Made by a program: the position numbers and the translations under genes. Of a stretch of 64,000 nucleotides of DNA, positions 27,196 through 37,526 are shown piece after piece; position 1 is the stretch's first letter, and the number at the start of each line of letters is the position of its first letter. The notes below the pieces were generated by a model that ran no database searches, was not told the DNA's origin, and saw nothing but the letters and a program-made list of their open reading frames with translations. Source of the stretch: Verrucomicrobiota bacterium. GTDB taxonomy: Bacteria; Verrucomicrobiota; Verrucomicrobiia; Limisphaerales; UBA1319. The stretch lies in assembly GCA_022711435.1 (NCBI GenBank), contig JAKLFB010000013.1, positions 74,041 to 138,040 of the forward strand. The letters run 5' to 3'.

Positions 27196-28722
27196 TCACG
27201 GCGCCATCTGGCGGTGGCGGAGGAACAGGGGGCGGAGGGCGAGCGAGATCTCGTCCTGGAGCGACTGGAGAGCCTGATAGCGCTGGACGTTGGATGGAAT
27301 GGGCTCGGTGGATTCGGACCGGTTGAGCTGGACGAAGCGGTCGGTGATTTCCTCGATGGAGACGGCCTCGCCGGCCTGGCGGCGCCAGCACCAGAGGGCC
27401 TGGAGGGCGGCCCCGTAGGCGGCGCCTTCGCCCACCTTGAGCGTGACGACTTCGGCGTTGAAGACATCGGCCATGATGCGGCGCCAGACTCTCGAGCGCG
27501 CGCCGCCGCCGGTGGCGCGGATCTGGGTGCAGCGGACCCCGAGCTCGGCCAGGCGCCGGAGGCCGTAGTTCATGCCGAGCGTGACGCCTTCCATGGCGGC
27601 TCGAGCCAGGTGGGCCGGCTGGCAGGTGCGGGTGTTGACGCCGAAGAACACGCCGGTGCCGGCGGGGACGTTGGGGGTGCGCTCGCCTTCGAGGTAGGGC
27701 AGGAGCAGCATCCCTTGGGCGCCGGGGGGCGATTGGGCAACCATGGCATCGAGCCGGGCAACGTCCCAGCCGAAGCAATGGCGGACCATCTCGGTGGCGA
27801 CGGTGACATTCATCGTGCAGAGAAGGGGGAGCCAGCGGTTGGTGGAATCGCAGAACGCAGCGATTTCACCGCGGGGATCGACGACGGGCGTGCTGGAGCA
27901 GGCGTAGATGGTGCCGCTGGTTCCGAAGCTGGCGGTGATCACGCCGGGGCGGGTGTTGCCGGTGCCGATGGCGCCCATCATGTTGTCGCCTCCGCCGGCG
28001 CTGACGATGACATCGGCCGCGAGGCCGAGCTGGGTTGCGGCCGATGCCTGGAGGCGGCCGACAGGCTCGTCGCTGGAGATCAGCGGAGGCAGCTTCGAGG
28101 CCAAGTCGTCGTCGATGGACTGGAGCGCGGCGGGCGCCCACCGGCGCCTGCGCACATCGAGCAGGGCGGTCCCGCTGGCGTCCCCCGGCTCCATGACCGC
28201 CCGGCCGGTCAGGACGAAGTTGAGATAATCGTGGGGCAACAGGACGGCAGCCAGCCGCCGGAAATTCTCCGGCTCGTGTTTTTTCAGCCAGAGGATCTTG
28301 CCGGCGGTGAACCCGGGGAGGACGGCGTTGCCCAGGATTCGGATGGCGGCCTTGAGCCCTCCGAGCCGGGCGGTGATCTCCTCGCATTCGGGGGCAGTCG
28401 AGGTGTCGCACCAGAGCTTGGCGGGGCGGATCACGCGGCCCTCGGAGTCGAGGGGGACGAACCCGTGCTGCTGGCCGCTGATGCCGATTGCCTTGACTTC
28501 ACCGGGGCGGGCGCCGGCTGTCCGGAGGGCTTGGCGGATGGTCTTCAACATGGCATCGCGCCACGTGTGCGGATGCTGCTCTTTGGCGCCGGGAGGGAGG
28601 CTGGGGATCAGGTCGTAGCCCTGAGCGGCTGAGGCCAGAACCCGGCCGTTTCGGGCGTTGACCACCAAGGTCTTGGTCGACTGCGTCCCGCTGTCGATTC
28701 CCAGAATGAGCGTTCTCATCAT
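27196..28722 (-). CDS. xylB: FGGY carbohydrate kinase, xylulokinase-like.
   Basis: The motifs ILGIDSGTQSTKTLVV, GISGQQHGFVPLD and the C-terminal ATGGGARS are present. Confidence 0.7.
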   Translation of the reverse strand: MMRTLILGIDSGTQSTKTLVVNARNGRVLASAAQGYDLIPSLPPGAKEQHPHTWRDAMLKTIRQALRTAGARPGEVKAIGISGQQHGFVPLDSEGRVIRPAKLWCDTSTAPECEEITARLGGLKAAIRILGNAVLPGFTAGKILWLKKHEPENFRRLAAVLLPHDYLNFVLTGRAVMEPGDASGTALLDVRRRRWAPAALQSIDDDLASKLPPLISSDEPVGRLQASAATQLGLAADVIVSAGGGDNMMGAIGTGNTRPGVITASFGTSGTIYACSSTPVVDPRGEIAAFCDSTNRWLPLLCTMNVTVATEMVRHCFGWDVARLDAMVAQSPPGAQGMLLLPYLEGERTPNVPAGTGVFFGVNTRTCQPAHLARAAMEGVTLGMNYGLRRLAELGVRCTQIRATGGGARSRVWRRIMADVFNAEVVTLKVGEGAAYGAALQALWCWRRQAGEAVSIEEITDRFVQLNRSESTEPIPSNVQRYQALQSLQDEISLALRPLFLRHRQMAP

Positions 28723-28821
28723 AGCCATGGTTGCATGGTGTTTGCGCAGGCCCAAGGATGGGCGACAGACGATAGCGTGTCGATCCTTTTCAGGTCGCGG
28801 GAGCGGGGGCGGGTGGGGGAT

Positions 28822-30342
28822 TCAGGGGGCTGCGTCCGGCGGAAGGGCGGCCCGCCATCCGGCGGCCAGGAGAGCGGCCATATCGGCCCGCGCTCGAGCG
28901 TGGGCGGGATCGTTGGCGAGGTTGGCCGTTTCCCAAGGATCCTGGGCCAGATCAAAGAGGGCGACGGGGACGGGCCCTTTCTTGAATTCCATATAGCTGA
29001 AGCGGCGGTTGCGGGCGACCTGGTTCAGGTCGCTTTCGACCATGAAAACGGCCTTCTTCCAGGGACGATCGACCTGGACCAGGAGGGGGGCGAAACTGAT
29101 CCCTTCCAGATTGGACGGGAGTTTCAGCCCGAGCAGATGCCCCATGGTGGGAACGAGATCGACGAACTCGACGAACTCGCGGCAGGTTTTGCCGTTGGCG
29201 GGCGCGCCCGGCACGCGGATCCAGAGGGGGGCGCGCCGGGTGGCTTCGAGCATCGAGTATTTCGACCAGAACCCGTGGTCGCCCAAGTGGAATCCGTGGT
29301 CGCCCAGCACCGCCACGATGGTGTTGTCAGCCAGGCCGTGGCGGTCGAGCGCGTCCAGGATCAGGCCGACGTTCTCATCGACGAAACTGACGCAGGCGTA
29401 ATAGGCGGCGATGGCCTCGCGCGTTTGCCGGGCGGTGGGCTGACCTTGCATGAAGATGTCCGGATTGCCATTCGTGACGCGCTTGGGGTAGAGGCATTCC
29501 TGGACAGCGGCTGGCGGCGCCGGCGGCATCGGGATCCGATCCGGATCGTAACGGTCGATGAACGGTTTGGGGGCGATCAGCGGGGTGTGCGGGCGGGACT
29601 GGTGGACCGACAGAAAGAAATGGCGCTTTTCACGCGCGAACTCCCCGAGCAACGCGATGGCGGTGCGCGCGATCCGGCGGTCGCCTTCCTCCTCGATCCC
29701 GAGCCCCGAGTCGCCGTATCGATCCGAGTGGCGGGCGCGCCAGAGGCGGTATTCGCGGCTGGCCTTGTCCGGGGGCGCAGGATCGCGATTCGCCCGGGTG
29801 ACCGGAGGGAATTTCAGGATGGGGTCCGGTCCGGTCCACCCTGGCGGCTTGCCGTACATCTCGATGCGATCGAATGTGGAAAGCGGCTTCTCAGCATACT
29901 CGACCTGATGGAAGAACTTCCCGATGACGGCGGTGTAGAATCCTGCGTTCTTGAGATACTCCGGCAAGGTCAGAGTGCCGGGGGGGAGGCGTCGGTCCAT
30001 CTCTTGTCCGTTGGACCAGACGCCGCTGGTCAGCGGCCGGAGACCGGTCAGGAACGAAGATCGGCTCGGGTTGCAGCAGACCGCCTGAACATAGGCCGAA
30101 TCGAACCGGACCGCCGTGGAAGCGAACCGGTCCATGTGAGGCGTTTGGCAGATCGCATTGCCGTAGCAGCCCCACACCCCGGCGTTGCAGTCCTCGATGA
30201 TGACGAACAGGAGGTTCATCCGCGATGTCTCGGGGAGACCCGGGACGGCCGACGCGGCCCTGACGGGATTGGGTGAAGCCAATAAGGCAGCCAGTCCGGC
30301 GAGACAAGGGAAAGACAATCGAAGCCAGGAGAATCGGTTCAT
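28822..30342 (-). CDS. Formylglycine-dependent sulfatase, secreted.
   Basis: It has a signal peptide, the LFVIIEDCNAG region and the CCNPSRSSFLTG signature (C-x-P-x-R). Confidence 0.85.
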   Translation of the reverse strand: MNRFSWLRLSFPCLAGLAALLASPNPVRAASAVPGLPETSRMNLLFVIIEDCNAGVWGCYGNAICQTPHMDRFASTAVRFDSAYVQAVCCNPSRSSFLTGLRPLTSGVWSNGQEMDRRLPPGTLTLPEYLKNAGFYTAVIGKFFHQVEYAEKPLSTFDRIEMYGKPPGWTGPDPILKFPPVTRANRDPAPPDKASREYRLWRARHSDRYGDSGLGIEEEGDRRIARTAIALLGEFAREKRHFFLSVHQSRPHTPLIAPKPFIDRYDPDRIPMPPAPPAAVQECLYPKRVTNGNPDIFMQGQPTARQTREAIAAYYACVSFVDENVGLILDALDRHGLADNTIVAVLGDHGFHLGDHGFWSKYSMLEATRRAPLWIRVPGAPANGKTCREFVEFVDLVPTMGHLLGLKLPSNLEGISFAPLLVQVDRPWKKAVFMVESDLNQVARNRRFSYMEFKKGPVPVALFDLAQDPWETANLANDPAHARARADMAALLAAGWRAALPPDAAP

Positions 30343-30364
30343 GGCCGATCATGTTCAACGCTCT

Positions 30365-31159
30365 TCACGCAGTGTCAAGTTTTCCGGTGCGCAGGGAGGG
30401 TTTGGGGATGACAGGGGGCGGGCGAGGGATGACGGGCGGGGAGGGGGTGGTATTGGCGGCGCGCTCGCGGGCGATCCAGGCTTCGACGCCGAATGCGGGA
30501 TCGCCCACCTTGGCATCGAGGCTGAGGGGCGCGAGGACGGGCGGCAGGGGGTTTGGAGCCGCCATTTCGAGATCGGCCGGCGAGGCAAGGGCTGCGGTCT
30601 TGGGCTCGGGGGCGGCCTGGTAGCCGTTGACAATCCATTCGAGGCGGCCGGATTCGATGTCGATCATCAGGCCGTGGACGGGGATATGGGGGGCGACGAG
30701 AGGGCTGCTTCGGACGAAGGCGGCGGCCCGGGTGACGTTCTGGCGTTCGCTGGCGAACAGGCCGAAATAGTCGGCGAGGCCATCGGGCATGCGGGTGCAA
30801 TCCAGGCCCATGGATTGGAAGGCGGCGGCGAGCTCGAGGGCGGAGAGCCGCTGGATCTGGCAGTCCGAGTGGCCGAGGATGACGATTTCGCGGCCGCCCT
30901 TGACAGCGCAGGCCAGGGCCAGAGACCGCAGCGTGCTGGTGAGGGGGCCGGTGATGATGTTGCCGGCGTTTCGGAGCCAGATGAAGTCCTCGTCGGGGAT
31001 CCCGAGGGCGGCGGGGATGAGCCGGTTCAGCCGGGGATCGATGCACGTGAGCGCCACCACGGGGAGGGCGCCGGCATGATCGGCAATCCGGACCGAGGCG
31101 GCGGGATCGCCTGCGGCGGCGCGCTGGTTGGCTTCGACGATGGCTTCGAGCAGTTTCAT
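30365..31159 (-). CDS. Beta-class carbonic anhydrase with a Pro-rich C-terminal extension.
   Basis: The zinc ligand motifs CIDPR and GHSDCQ are present, with a C-terminal PPVIPRPPPVIPKP tail. Confidence 0.75.
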   Translation of the reverse strand: MKLLEAIVEANQRAAAGDPAASVRIADHAGALPVVALTCIDPRLNRLIPAALGIPDEDFIWLRNAGNIITGPLTSTLRSLALACAVKGGREIVILGHSDCQIQRLSALELAAAFQSMGLDCTRMPDGLADYFGLFASERQNVTRAAAFVRSSPLVAPHIPVHGLMIDIESGRLEWIVNGYQAAPEPKTAALASPADLEMAAPNPLPPVLAPLSLDAKVGDPAFGVEAWIARERAANTTPSPPVIPRPPPVIPKPSLRTGKLDTA

Positions 31160-31238
31160 CGACGGATCAGTTGGCCGCGTCCGGGGAGGAGGAGGCGCGG
31201 GGGGGGCGTCTCCTCCTCGGCCCGGTGCGGGAGGGGTA

Positions 31239-32762
31239 TCAGGCTTTGGGCGGGGTTGGCTTTTCGCCGGCGGGCTTGAGGCCGGGGATGTTCTGGATGA
31301 GCTTCTCGAGCTGGACGCCGGTGAGGCCCTCGATGACGGGCGGCAGCTGGCTGATGATGGAGGTGACGTCGCCGGTGAGCTTGCTGGCGCCGCCGCCGGG
31401 GCCGTTGTTGATGATGATCATGCGCTCGGTGCGGGCGAGGGGCTCGCTGATCTTGCCGGCGACTTCGGGCAGGGTGCGCATGATGAGCTCGATGATGGCG
31501 GCCTGGTTGTATTCCTTGAACGAGTCGGCTTTCTCGTGCATGGCCTCGGCGGTGGCTTTGCCCTGGGCGGCAATGATGGCGGCTTCGGCGAGGCCGCGGG
31601 CCTTGTGAGCTTCGGCCTCGGCGAGGCCGGTGGCCTGGCAGACCTCGGCGGAGGCGAATCCTTTGGCGCGGGCGGCAGAGGCGGCGCCGGCGGCCTCGGT
31701 TTCGAGCTGGAACTTGGTGGCGTTGGCGAGGGTCTCCATGCGGTAGCGCTCGGCATCGGCGGGCTTCTGGACGTTGGCCTCGAGCTCGCGCTGGCGGCGG
31801 AGGATCTCCTGCTGCTGCAGCTCGATCTGCTTCTGTTTCTCGATGATGTGGACCTGGATCTCCTCGGCCTTGACGAGCTGGCCGGTCTTGAACTTCTGGA
31901 GGTCATAGGCGAGGTCGGACTCGGCCTTGCGCTGGTTGACGGCGGCCTGGTATTGGGCGACGCCGATCTGGTAATCGCGCTGGGACTCGGCGATCTTGGT
32001 ATCGGCAGAGAACTTGGCCTCCTGGCCGGCCTGGGCGGCCTGGGCGCTCTTGATCATGGCATCGCGGTCGGCCTCGGCCTGGGCGATGATGGCATCGCGT
32101 TTGACCTGGGCGATGCGGGGTTTGCCGAGGGCTTCGAGGTAGCCCTGGGAATCGCGGATATCGCGGATGGTGAAGCTGACGATGCCGAGGCCCATGTTGG
32201 CCATGTCGCCGGCGGCCACCTCCTGGACCTTGGCGGCGAAGGCATCGCGATTCTGGTAGATCTCCTCGACGGTGAGGGTGCCGAGGATGGCGCGCAGGTG
32301 GCCCTCGAGGGTCTGGGTGGCGATGCTGCGGATCTCGTTGGCGCCCTTGCTGAGGAACTGCTCGGCGGAGGTGGCGATCGAGATGTCGTCGCCTTTGACC
32401 TTGATCTGGGCGACGCCGTCGACGCGGACGGGGACGCCCTTGCTGGTGTAAACCTCGGGGGTTTGGACATCGATGGTGAGCAGCTCGAGGGAGAGGATGT
32501 CGACCTTTTCGAGGACCGGGATGACGAACGTGCCGCCGCCTTTGACGACGCGGAATCCGCGAACGCGCGGGGTGCCGTCAGGATCGGTGAACTTGTGGGG
32601 GCGGCCGGAGACGACGAGGACCTCGTTGGGGCCGACCTTGGTGTATCGGCTGGCCCAGACGAGGATGAACAGGAAGATCACCAGGACGATGCCGATGATT
32701 CCCACCGACGCGACGGCGCGAGCCGTCATGTCGAATTGAGCCAGGAACAGGGTTGGGTTCAT
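31239..32762 (-). CDS. Flotillin / SPFH (band 7) domain protein.
   Basis: An N-terminal transmembrane segment and SPFH domain are followed by a long Ala/Glu-rich coiled coil (EAEAHKARGLAEAAIIAAQ). Confidence 0.85.
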   Translation of the reverse strand: MNPTLFLAQFDMTARAVASVGIIGIVLVIFLFILVWASRYTKVGPNEVLVVSGRPHKFTDPDGTPRVRGFRVVKGGGTFVIPVLEKVDILSLELLTIDVQTPEVYTSKGVPVRVDGVAQIKVKGDDISIATSAEQFLSKGANEIRSIATQTLEGHLRAILGTLTVEEIYQNRDAFAAKVQEVAAGDMANMGLGIVSFTIRDIRDSQGYLEALGKPRIAQVKRDAIIAQAEADRDAMIKSAQAAQAGQEAKFSADTKIAESQRDYQIGVAQYQAAVNQRKAESDLAYDLQKFKTGQLVKAEEIQVHIIEKQKQIELQQQEILRRQRELEANVQKPADAERYRMETLANATKFQLETEAAGAASAARAKGFASAEVCQATGLAEAEAHKARGLAEAAIIAAQGKATAEAMHEKADSFKEYNQAAIIELIMRTLPEVAGKISEPLARTERMIIINNGPGGGASKLTGDVTSIISQLPPVIEGLTGVQLEKLIQNIPGLKPAGEKPTPPKA

Positions 32763-32807
32763 ACAGGGAGGGGTTGGGTTAGTGGGTTGGGGGTGGAACG
32801 AGCACGG

Positions 32808-33377
32808 TTAGATTCGGGTGACGAAGAACTGGGTGCCGGCCAGGCGGGTGATCACGACGGGTTCTCCGTGGGGGACGGGGGCGCCATCCTCGGTGCGGGC
32901 GGGGGCGGTGTAGCGGCTGCCGCTCTGGATGTAGGCGATCTCGCCAACCCCCTGGGAGGGGATGGCGGTGATGGTGGTGGCCGATTGCCCGATGAGGTCG
33001 GAGACGCGCGACTCGCTCGAGCTCTGGGTGCGCCGGAAGATCTGCTGGAACAGGACGAAAACGGCGGCGGCGATGGCGAGGCCGCCGAGCACGGCCAGGG
33101 GGGCGCTGATCCAGGGGTTGGACGTGATCGAGATCTTCGTGAAGACCATGCCCAGGCCGCCGAACGCGGTGACGAAGGCGGCGATGGTCGTGGGGCTCAG
33201 CGGGGAGAATCCAGGCATGTCGTGGCTTCCGAAGCCGGCTTCGGCATGGCCGTCGGCGCCGGCGCCGTCGACGTGGATGTCATGGCCCCCGAACGCATCG
33301 GCAAGAAATGCGCTGATGAGCGTGAAGAGCAATCCCACTCCAAAACAGACGAAATAGAGCCAGAACATGAATTCCAT
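32808..33377 (-). CDS. NfeD-like membrane protein (flotillin-associated, YuaF/YqiJ-like).
   Basis: Transmembrane helices are followed by a C-terminal OB-fold-like beta region. It lies immediately upstream of the flotillin gene. Confidence 0.7.
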   Translation of the reverse strand: MEFMFWLYFVCFGVGLLFTLISAFLADAFGGHDIHVDGAGADGHAEAGFGSHDMPGFSPLSPTTIAAFVTAFGGLGMVFTKISITSNPWISAPLAVLGGLAIAAAVFVLFQQIFRRTQSSSESRVSDLIGQSATTITAIPSQGVGEIAYIQSGSRYTAPARTEDGAPVPHGEPVVITRLAGTQFFVTRI

Positions 33378-33566
33378 ACGCGCTCTCCGGTTGACGACAT
33401 CCAGTGTTTCATCAAGTCGGGGGGCTGACAAGCCCGACCCGCGGCACGCCTCGAGATTCCAGGGATAATGTATGCGATGGCGGGAAGCGCGCCATTATAA
33501 AGGGAGGCGGGATTTGTATCTGGGGTTGCGGACGGCCTCTGGGGTTGGGGATCGCAGGCATGAGCA

Positions 33567-34094
33567 ATGGGTTTGACAGACGGGATGACGGGTCTACTCT
33601 CGGGGGCGATGCAATCCCATGAATTGCTGCGCGAAGTGCTGCAAAGCACGAACGCGAAAGAGGTTGCCGCGGAGATGGCGTTGTCGCTCTCGATGGTCTA
33701 CAAGTGGGCCGAGCCGGTGAGCGACACGGGCAGCGGGGCGCCCAATCCGCTGGATCGGATCGAGGCGCTGGTGCGGGCGACGCGGGATCCGCGGATCGTG
33801 CAGTGGATCTGCGAGCGGGCGGGTGGCTTTTTCATCAAGAATCCCCGGCAGGAGCGCCCGCACGCCTATTTTCTGGTGCCGGCGACGAACGAAGTGATTC
33901 AGGAATTTGCGGATCTGCTGGCGGTGGTGGCGACGGCGGCCTCGGACAACCACATCTCTCCGAAGGAATCCGAGAAGATCCGCCAGCGCTGGGAGGAGCT
34001 GAAGTCCGTGACCGAAGGGTTTGTGCGCTGCTGCGAGGAAGGGAATTTTGCGCCGATGCGGAGCGTCTCCTCGTCGGCGGAATCACCGATATGA
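33567..34094 (+). CDS. Hypothetical protein with a predicted helix-turn-helix (NAKEVAAEMALSLSMVYKWAEP).
   Basis: It is a track ORF. An HTH-like segment is present. The stop overlaps the start of the downstream URO-D-like gene (ATGA). Confidence 0.45.
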   Translation: MGLTDGMTGLLSGAMQSHELLREVLQSTNAKEVAAEMALSLSMVYKWAEPVSDTGSGAPNPLDRIEALVRATRDPRIVQWICERAGGFFIKNPRQERPHAYFLVPATNEVIQEFADLLAVVATAASDNHISPKESEKIRQRWEELKSVTEGFVRCCEEGNFAPMRSVSSSAESPI

Positions 34095-35284
34095 GCGGGA
34101 ACGAGAGCCAAGGGGGGCCGGGCTGGAGCCGGCGCCGCCGAGTCGAGGCGGCCTTGAGCCACCGGGAAGCGGACCGGGTGCCCTACGATTTGGGGGGGAC
34201 GATTCTGACGGGGATTCACGAGCGGGCCTACGGGAACTTGCGCCGGCATCTGGGGCTGCCGGCGGGCGAGGTCGAGATCGAGGATCTGCACCAGCAGTTG
34301 GCGCGGGTGGAGGAGGATGTGAAGCAGCGGCTGGAGGTGGACGTGTATGGGGTGAGCCCGCGCAAGCCGCGGGGGCTTGCGCTGCCGAGGTGGAGCGAGG
34401 GCGGCTACGACAAGATCCGGGACGAGTGGGGGATCGAGTGGTGGAAGCCGCAGGAAGGGGGCTTTTATTTCGACATGCGAGGGCATCCGCTGGCGGGGGT
34501 GGAGTCGGCGGCGGATCTCGCGAAGCATCGGTTTCCGGACCCGCTGGATCCGGGGCGTTTCGAGGGGATGGCGGAGGCGGCGGACGCGGTGATGAACGGG
34601 CGGCAGGCGGCCTATGTGCTGGGCCGCAATGCGCCAGGGATCTTCGAGGTGGCGCTGTGGATGCGGGGGTTCGAGAACTTCTACTGCGACCTGCTGCGGC
34701 AGCCGGCCCTGGCGGAGGCGCTGCTGGACATCATCTGCGAGATCAAGATGAAGTATTGGGAGCGGGCGCTGGGAGTGGTGGGGGCGAACGTGATGATCGT
34801 GTCGGAGGCGGACGACCTGGCGAGCCAGGATCGGCTGCTGGTGGCGCCGGCGCTGTATCGGCGTTTTCTGAAGCCGCGCCACGCGCGGCTGTTCGCGCAC
34901 ATCCGCCGTTGCGCAGCGGTGCCGGTGCGGATCTTTTTTCACTCCTGCGGGGCGGTGGCGGAGCTGATACCGGACCTGATCGAAGCAGGGATCGACATCT
35001 TGAATCCGGTGCAGGTGAGCGCGCGGGGGATGGAGACGCGGGAGCTGAAGCGTCGGTTTGGGAAGGACCTGACCTTTTACGGCGGGGGTGTGGACACGCA
35101 GCGCGTGCTGCCGCGGGGGACGCCGGCGGAGGTCCGGGACGAGGTGCGGCGGCGGGTGGACGATCTGGCGCCGGGTGGAGGGTTCATCTTCGCGACGGTT
35201 CACAACATCCAGGCGGATGTGCCGCCGGAGAACATCCTGGCGATGCGGGAGGCGCTGCGGGAGTACGGGCGATATGAGGGGTGA
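34091..35284 (+). CDS. Uroporphyrinogen decarboxylase (URO-D) family protein (MtaA/CmuA-like methyltransferase-type).
   Basis: URO-D-fold family hallmarks are present (ADRVPYDLGGTILTGIHERAY ... DILNPVQVSARGMETRELKRRFGKDLTFYGG). Confidence 0.7.
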   Translation: MSGNESQGGPGWSRRRRVEAALSHREADRVPYDLGGTILTGIHERAYGNLRRHLGLPAGEVEIEDLHQQLARVEEDVKQRLEVDVYGVSPRKPRGLALPRWSEGGYDKIRDEWGIEWWKPQEGGFYFDMRGHPLAGVESAADLAKHRFPDPLDPGRFEGMAEAADAVMNGRQAAYVLGRNAPGIFEVALWMRGFENFYCDLLRQPALAEALLDIICEIKMKYWERALGVVGANVMIVSEADDLASQDRLLVAPALYRRFLKPRHARLFAHIRRCAAVPVRIFFHSCGAVAELIPDLIEAGIDILNPVQVSARGMETRELKRRFGKDLTFYGGGVDTQRVLPRGTPAEVRDEVRRRVDDLAPGGGFIFATVHNIQADVPPENILAMREALREYGRYEG

Positions 35285-35401
35285 GCCGAGGGCGGGAAGG
35301 GCGGCGGGCCTGCAAAGGGCGGGCGCGGCGCCGAGGATCGCGGCCGAGCAGAAGGGCCGACTTTGCTGTTTACAGGATTGGCGCGGGGGGTACTATTTTA
35401 A

Positions 35402-35764
<363 letters not shown>

Positions 35765-36136
35765 ATCCGGGCGGCGGAGCGGCGGGGCCGGCTCGGTGAA
35801 TAATCCGTGAATAAGAGTTAATATGTTCTCCTGGCCAGAGGGGTTGAATTTGCATAGAACATCGGCCCGACCTGAGCCAGCGATCCGGGGGCATGGAGAC
35901 GAGAGCGGGGCGGCGATTTTTTCTGGCGGTTGTGGTTTTTCTTTGTAGCAGGTTGATTAGTAAAGCTTTATGAATCCAGCGGTCCGACTTTTTGCTTGCG
36001 TTGCCGGCCCACTTGCAGCGGTGGGGAGCGGGGCGAGCCGCGGGATAAGGATTGTAAACGATTGTTGAATGGGCTGTTACAATTCGGCGGTACCGGCAGG
36101 TGAATAAAACGCGGTGGCAGCGGGGACAGGCAGGAC
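35765..36136. other. Candidate chromosomal origin region (oriC) upstream of dnaA. It is relatively AT-rich, with at least 3 DnaA-box-like GTGAATAA motifs (about 35805, 35812, 36099) and an AT-rich stretch at about 35915..35975.
   Basis: Matches to TGTGNATAA are 8 of 9: GGTGAATAA, CGTGAATAA, GGTGAATAA. There is a local GC drop next to dnaA. Confidence 0.4.
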
Positions 36137-37498
36137 ATGCACGCTTCGGCCGAGAAGGTATGGGCCAGGGCGCAGGAGTTGTTGCGTTCGATGGTGAATC
36201 CGGAGATTTACCGGCTATGGTTTGCGCCGATTCGGGCGCGGCAATCGGACGAGCGCTCCATCACCCTGGAAGTGGCGAATGATTTTTGCGGGGTTTGGCT
36301 CAAAGAGAACTACCTGAGTCTGATCCAGGATGTGCTGATGGATGCGACGGGGCAGCCATTGCGGGCGATGTTCCAGGTGGCGGATGCGCCGCGAGGGGAG
36401 CCGGAGCCCGGCGAGGTGAAGCGGGCGCATGCGCGTCCGCCCAACGGGGAGGCGGAGCGGCGGGCCGTGGAGGCGGATCTGCTGTTGAATCCGAAGTACA
36501 CCTTCGAGACGTTCGTGGTGGGGAGCAGCAACCATTTCGCGCATGCGGCGGCGGTGGCGGTGGCGCAGTCGCCGGGCAAGGCCTACAACCCGCTGTTCGT
36601 GTATGGGGGGACGGGGCTGGGCAAGACGCATCTCTTGAACGCGATCGGGCAATACGTGGCGCATCACAAGAAGGGGGCGCGGATCGCCTATGTCTCGTCG
36701 GAGAAGTTCACCAACGAGTACATCGACGCCCTGCAGAACAACCAGGTGATGCGGTTCCGGAGGAAGTATCGCCAGACGGACGTCCTGCTGATCGACGACG
36801 TGCAGTTCCTGGCGGGGAAGGAGCGGATCCAGGAGGAGTTTTTCCACACGTTCAACGCCCTGCACGAATCGCACAAGCAGATCGTGCTGAGCTGCGACCG
36901 GCCGGTGAGCGAGATTCAGAACCTGGAGCAGCGGCTGGTGTCGCGTTTCGAGTGGGGGCTGACGACCGATCTGCAGCCGCCGGACGTGGAGACGCGGGTG
37001 GCGATCCTGCGGAAGAAGGCGGGGTTGCTGGGGGTGCCGCTTCCGGAGGATGTGGTGCAGTTCCTGGCGGGGCGGATTCGGACGAATGTGCGGCGGCTGG
37101 AGGGTGCGTTGATCCGGGTGGCGTCGTATGTGAGTCTGACGGGCAAGCCGGCGGACATGGACCTGGTGGAGAACCTGCTGCGGGAGGTGCTGCACGAGGA
37201 GGGGCGGCAGACGATCAACATCGAGACGATCCAGAAGCGGGTGGCGGAGCATTTTGACATTCGGCTGGCGGACATGACGAGCAAGCGCCGTCCGGAGAAC
37301 ATCGCCTTTCCGCGCCAGATCGCGATGTATCTGGCGCGGCAGATGACGGAGAGCTCGCTGAGCGTGATCGGGGAGGCGTTTGGCGGGCGGGATCACGGGA
37401 CGGTGCTGCATGCGTGCCGGCTGGTCAAGGACCGGATGGAGGTGGACGCCAACGTGCGCCAGGTGGTGCAGTATCTGGAGAAGCAGCTTCTGCGATAG
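36137..37498 (+). CDS. dnaA: Chromosomal replication initiator protein DnaA.
   Basis: The AAA+ Walker A is NPLFVYGGTGLGKTHLLNAIG. Box VII and the C-terminal DNA-binding domain are present (IAMYLARQMTESSLSVIGEAFGGRDHGTVLHA). Confidence 0.95.
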   Translation: MHASAEKVWARAQELLRSMVNPEIYRLWFAPIRARQSDERSITLEVANDFCGVWLKENYLSLIQDVLMDATGQPLRAMFQVADAPRGEPEPGEVKRAHARPPNGEAERRAVEADLLLNPKYTFETFVVGSSNHFAHAAAVAVAQSPGKAYNPLFVYGGTGLGKTHLLNAIGQYVAHHKKGARIAYVSSEKFTNEYIDALQNNQVMRFRRKYRQTDVLLIDDVQFLAGKERIQEEFFHTFNALHESHKQIVLSCDRPVSEIQNLEQRLVSRFEWGLTTDLQPPDVETRVAILRKKAGLLGVPLPEDVVQFLAGRIRTNVRRLEGALIRVASYVSLTGKPADMDLVENLLREVLHEEGRQTINIETIQKRVAEHFDIRLADMTSKRRPENIAFPRQIAMYLARQMTESSLSVIGEAFGGRDHGTVLHACRLVKDRMEVDANVRQVVQYLEKQLLR

Positions 37499-37526
37499 GG
37501 GAGGCGAGCGAACCCAAGCGGGCATG

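Noticed and set aside
25390-33428. Series of long plus-strand ORFs (25390..26922, 27106..28632, 28735..30276, 30185..31279, 31128..33428) opposite bioA, xylB, sulfatase, carbonic anhydrase and flotillin
   Set aside because: All are antisense to genes with strong family signatures. Their translations are dominated by G/A/D/E/R runs.
33899-35277. ORFs 33899..35203 - and 34021..35277 + overlapping the URO-D-like gene
   Set aside because: They are alternative frames of a gene with clear URO-D family motifs and are R/P/G-rich.
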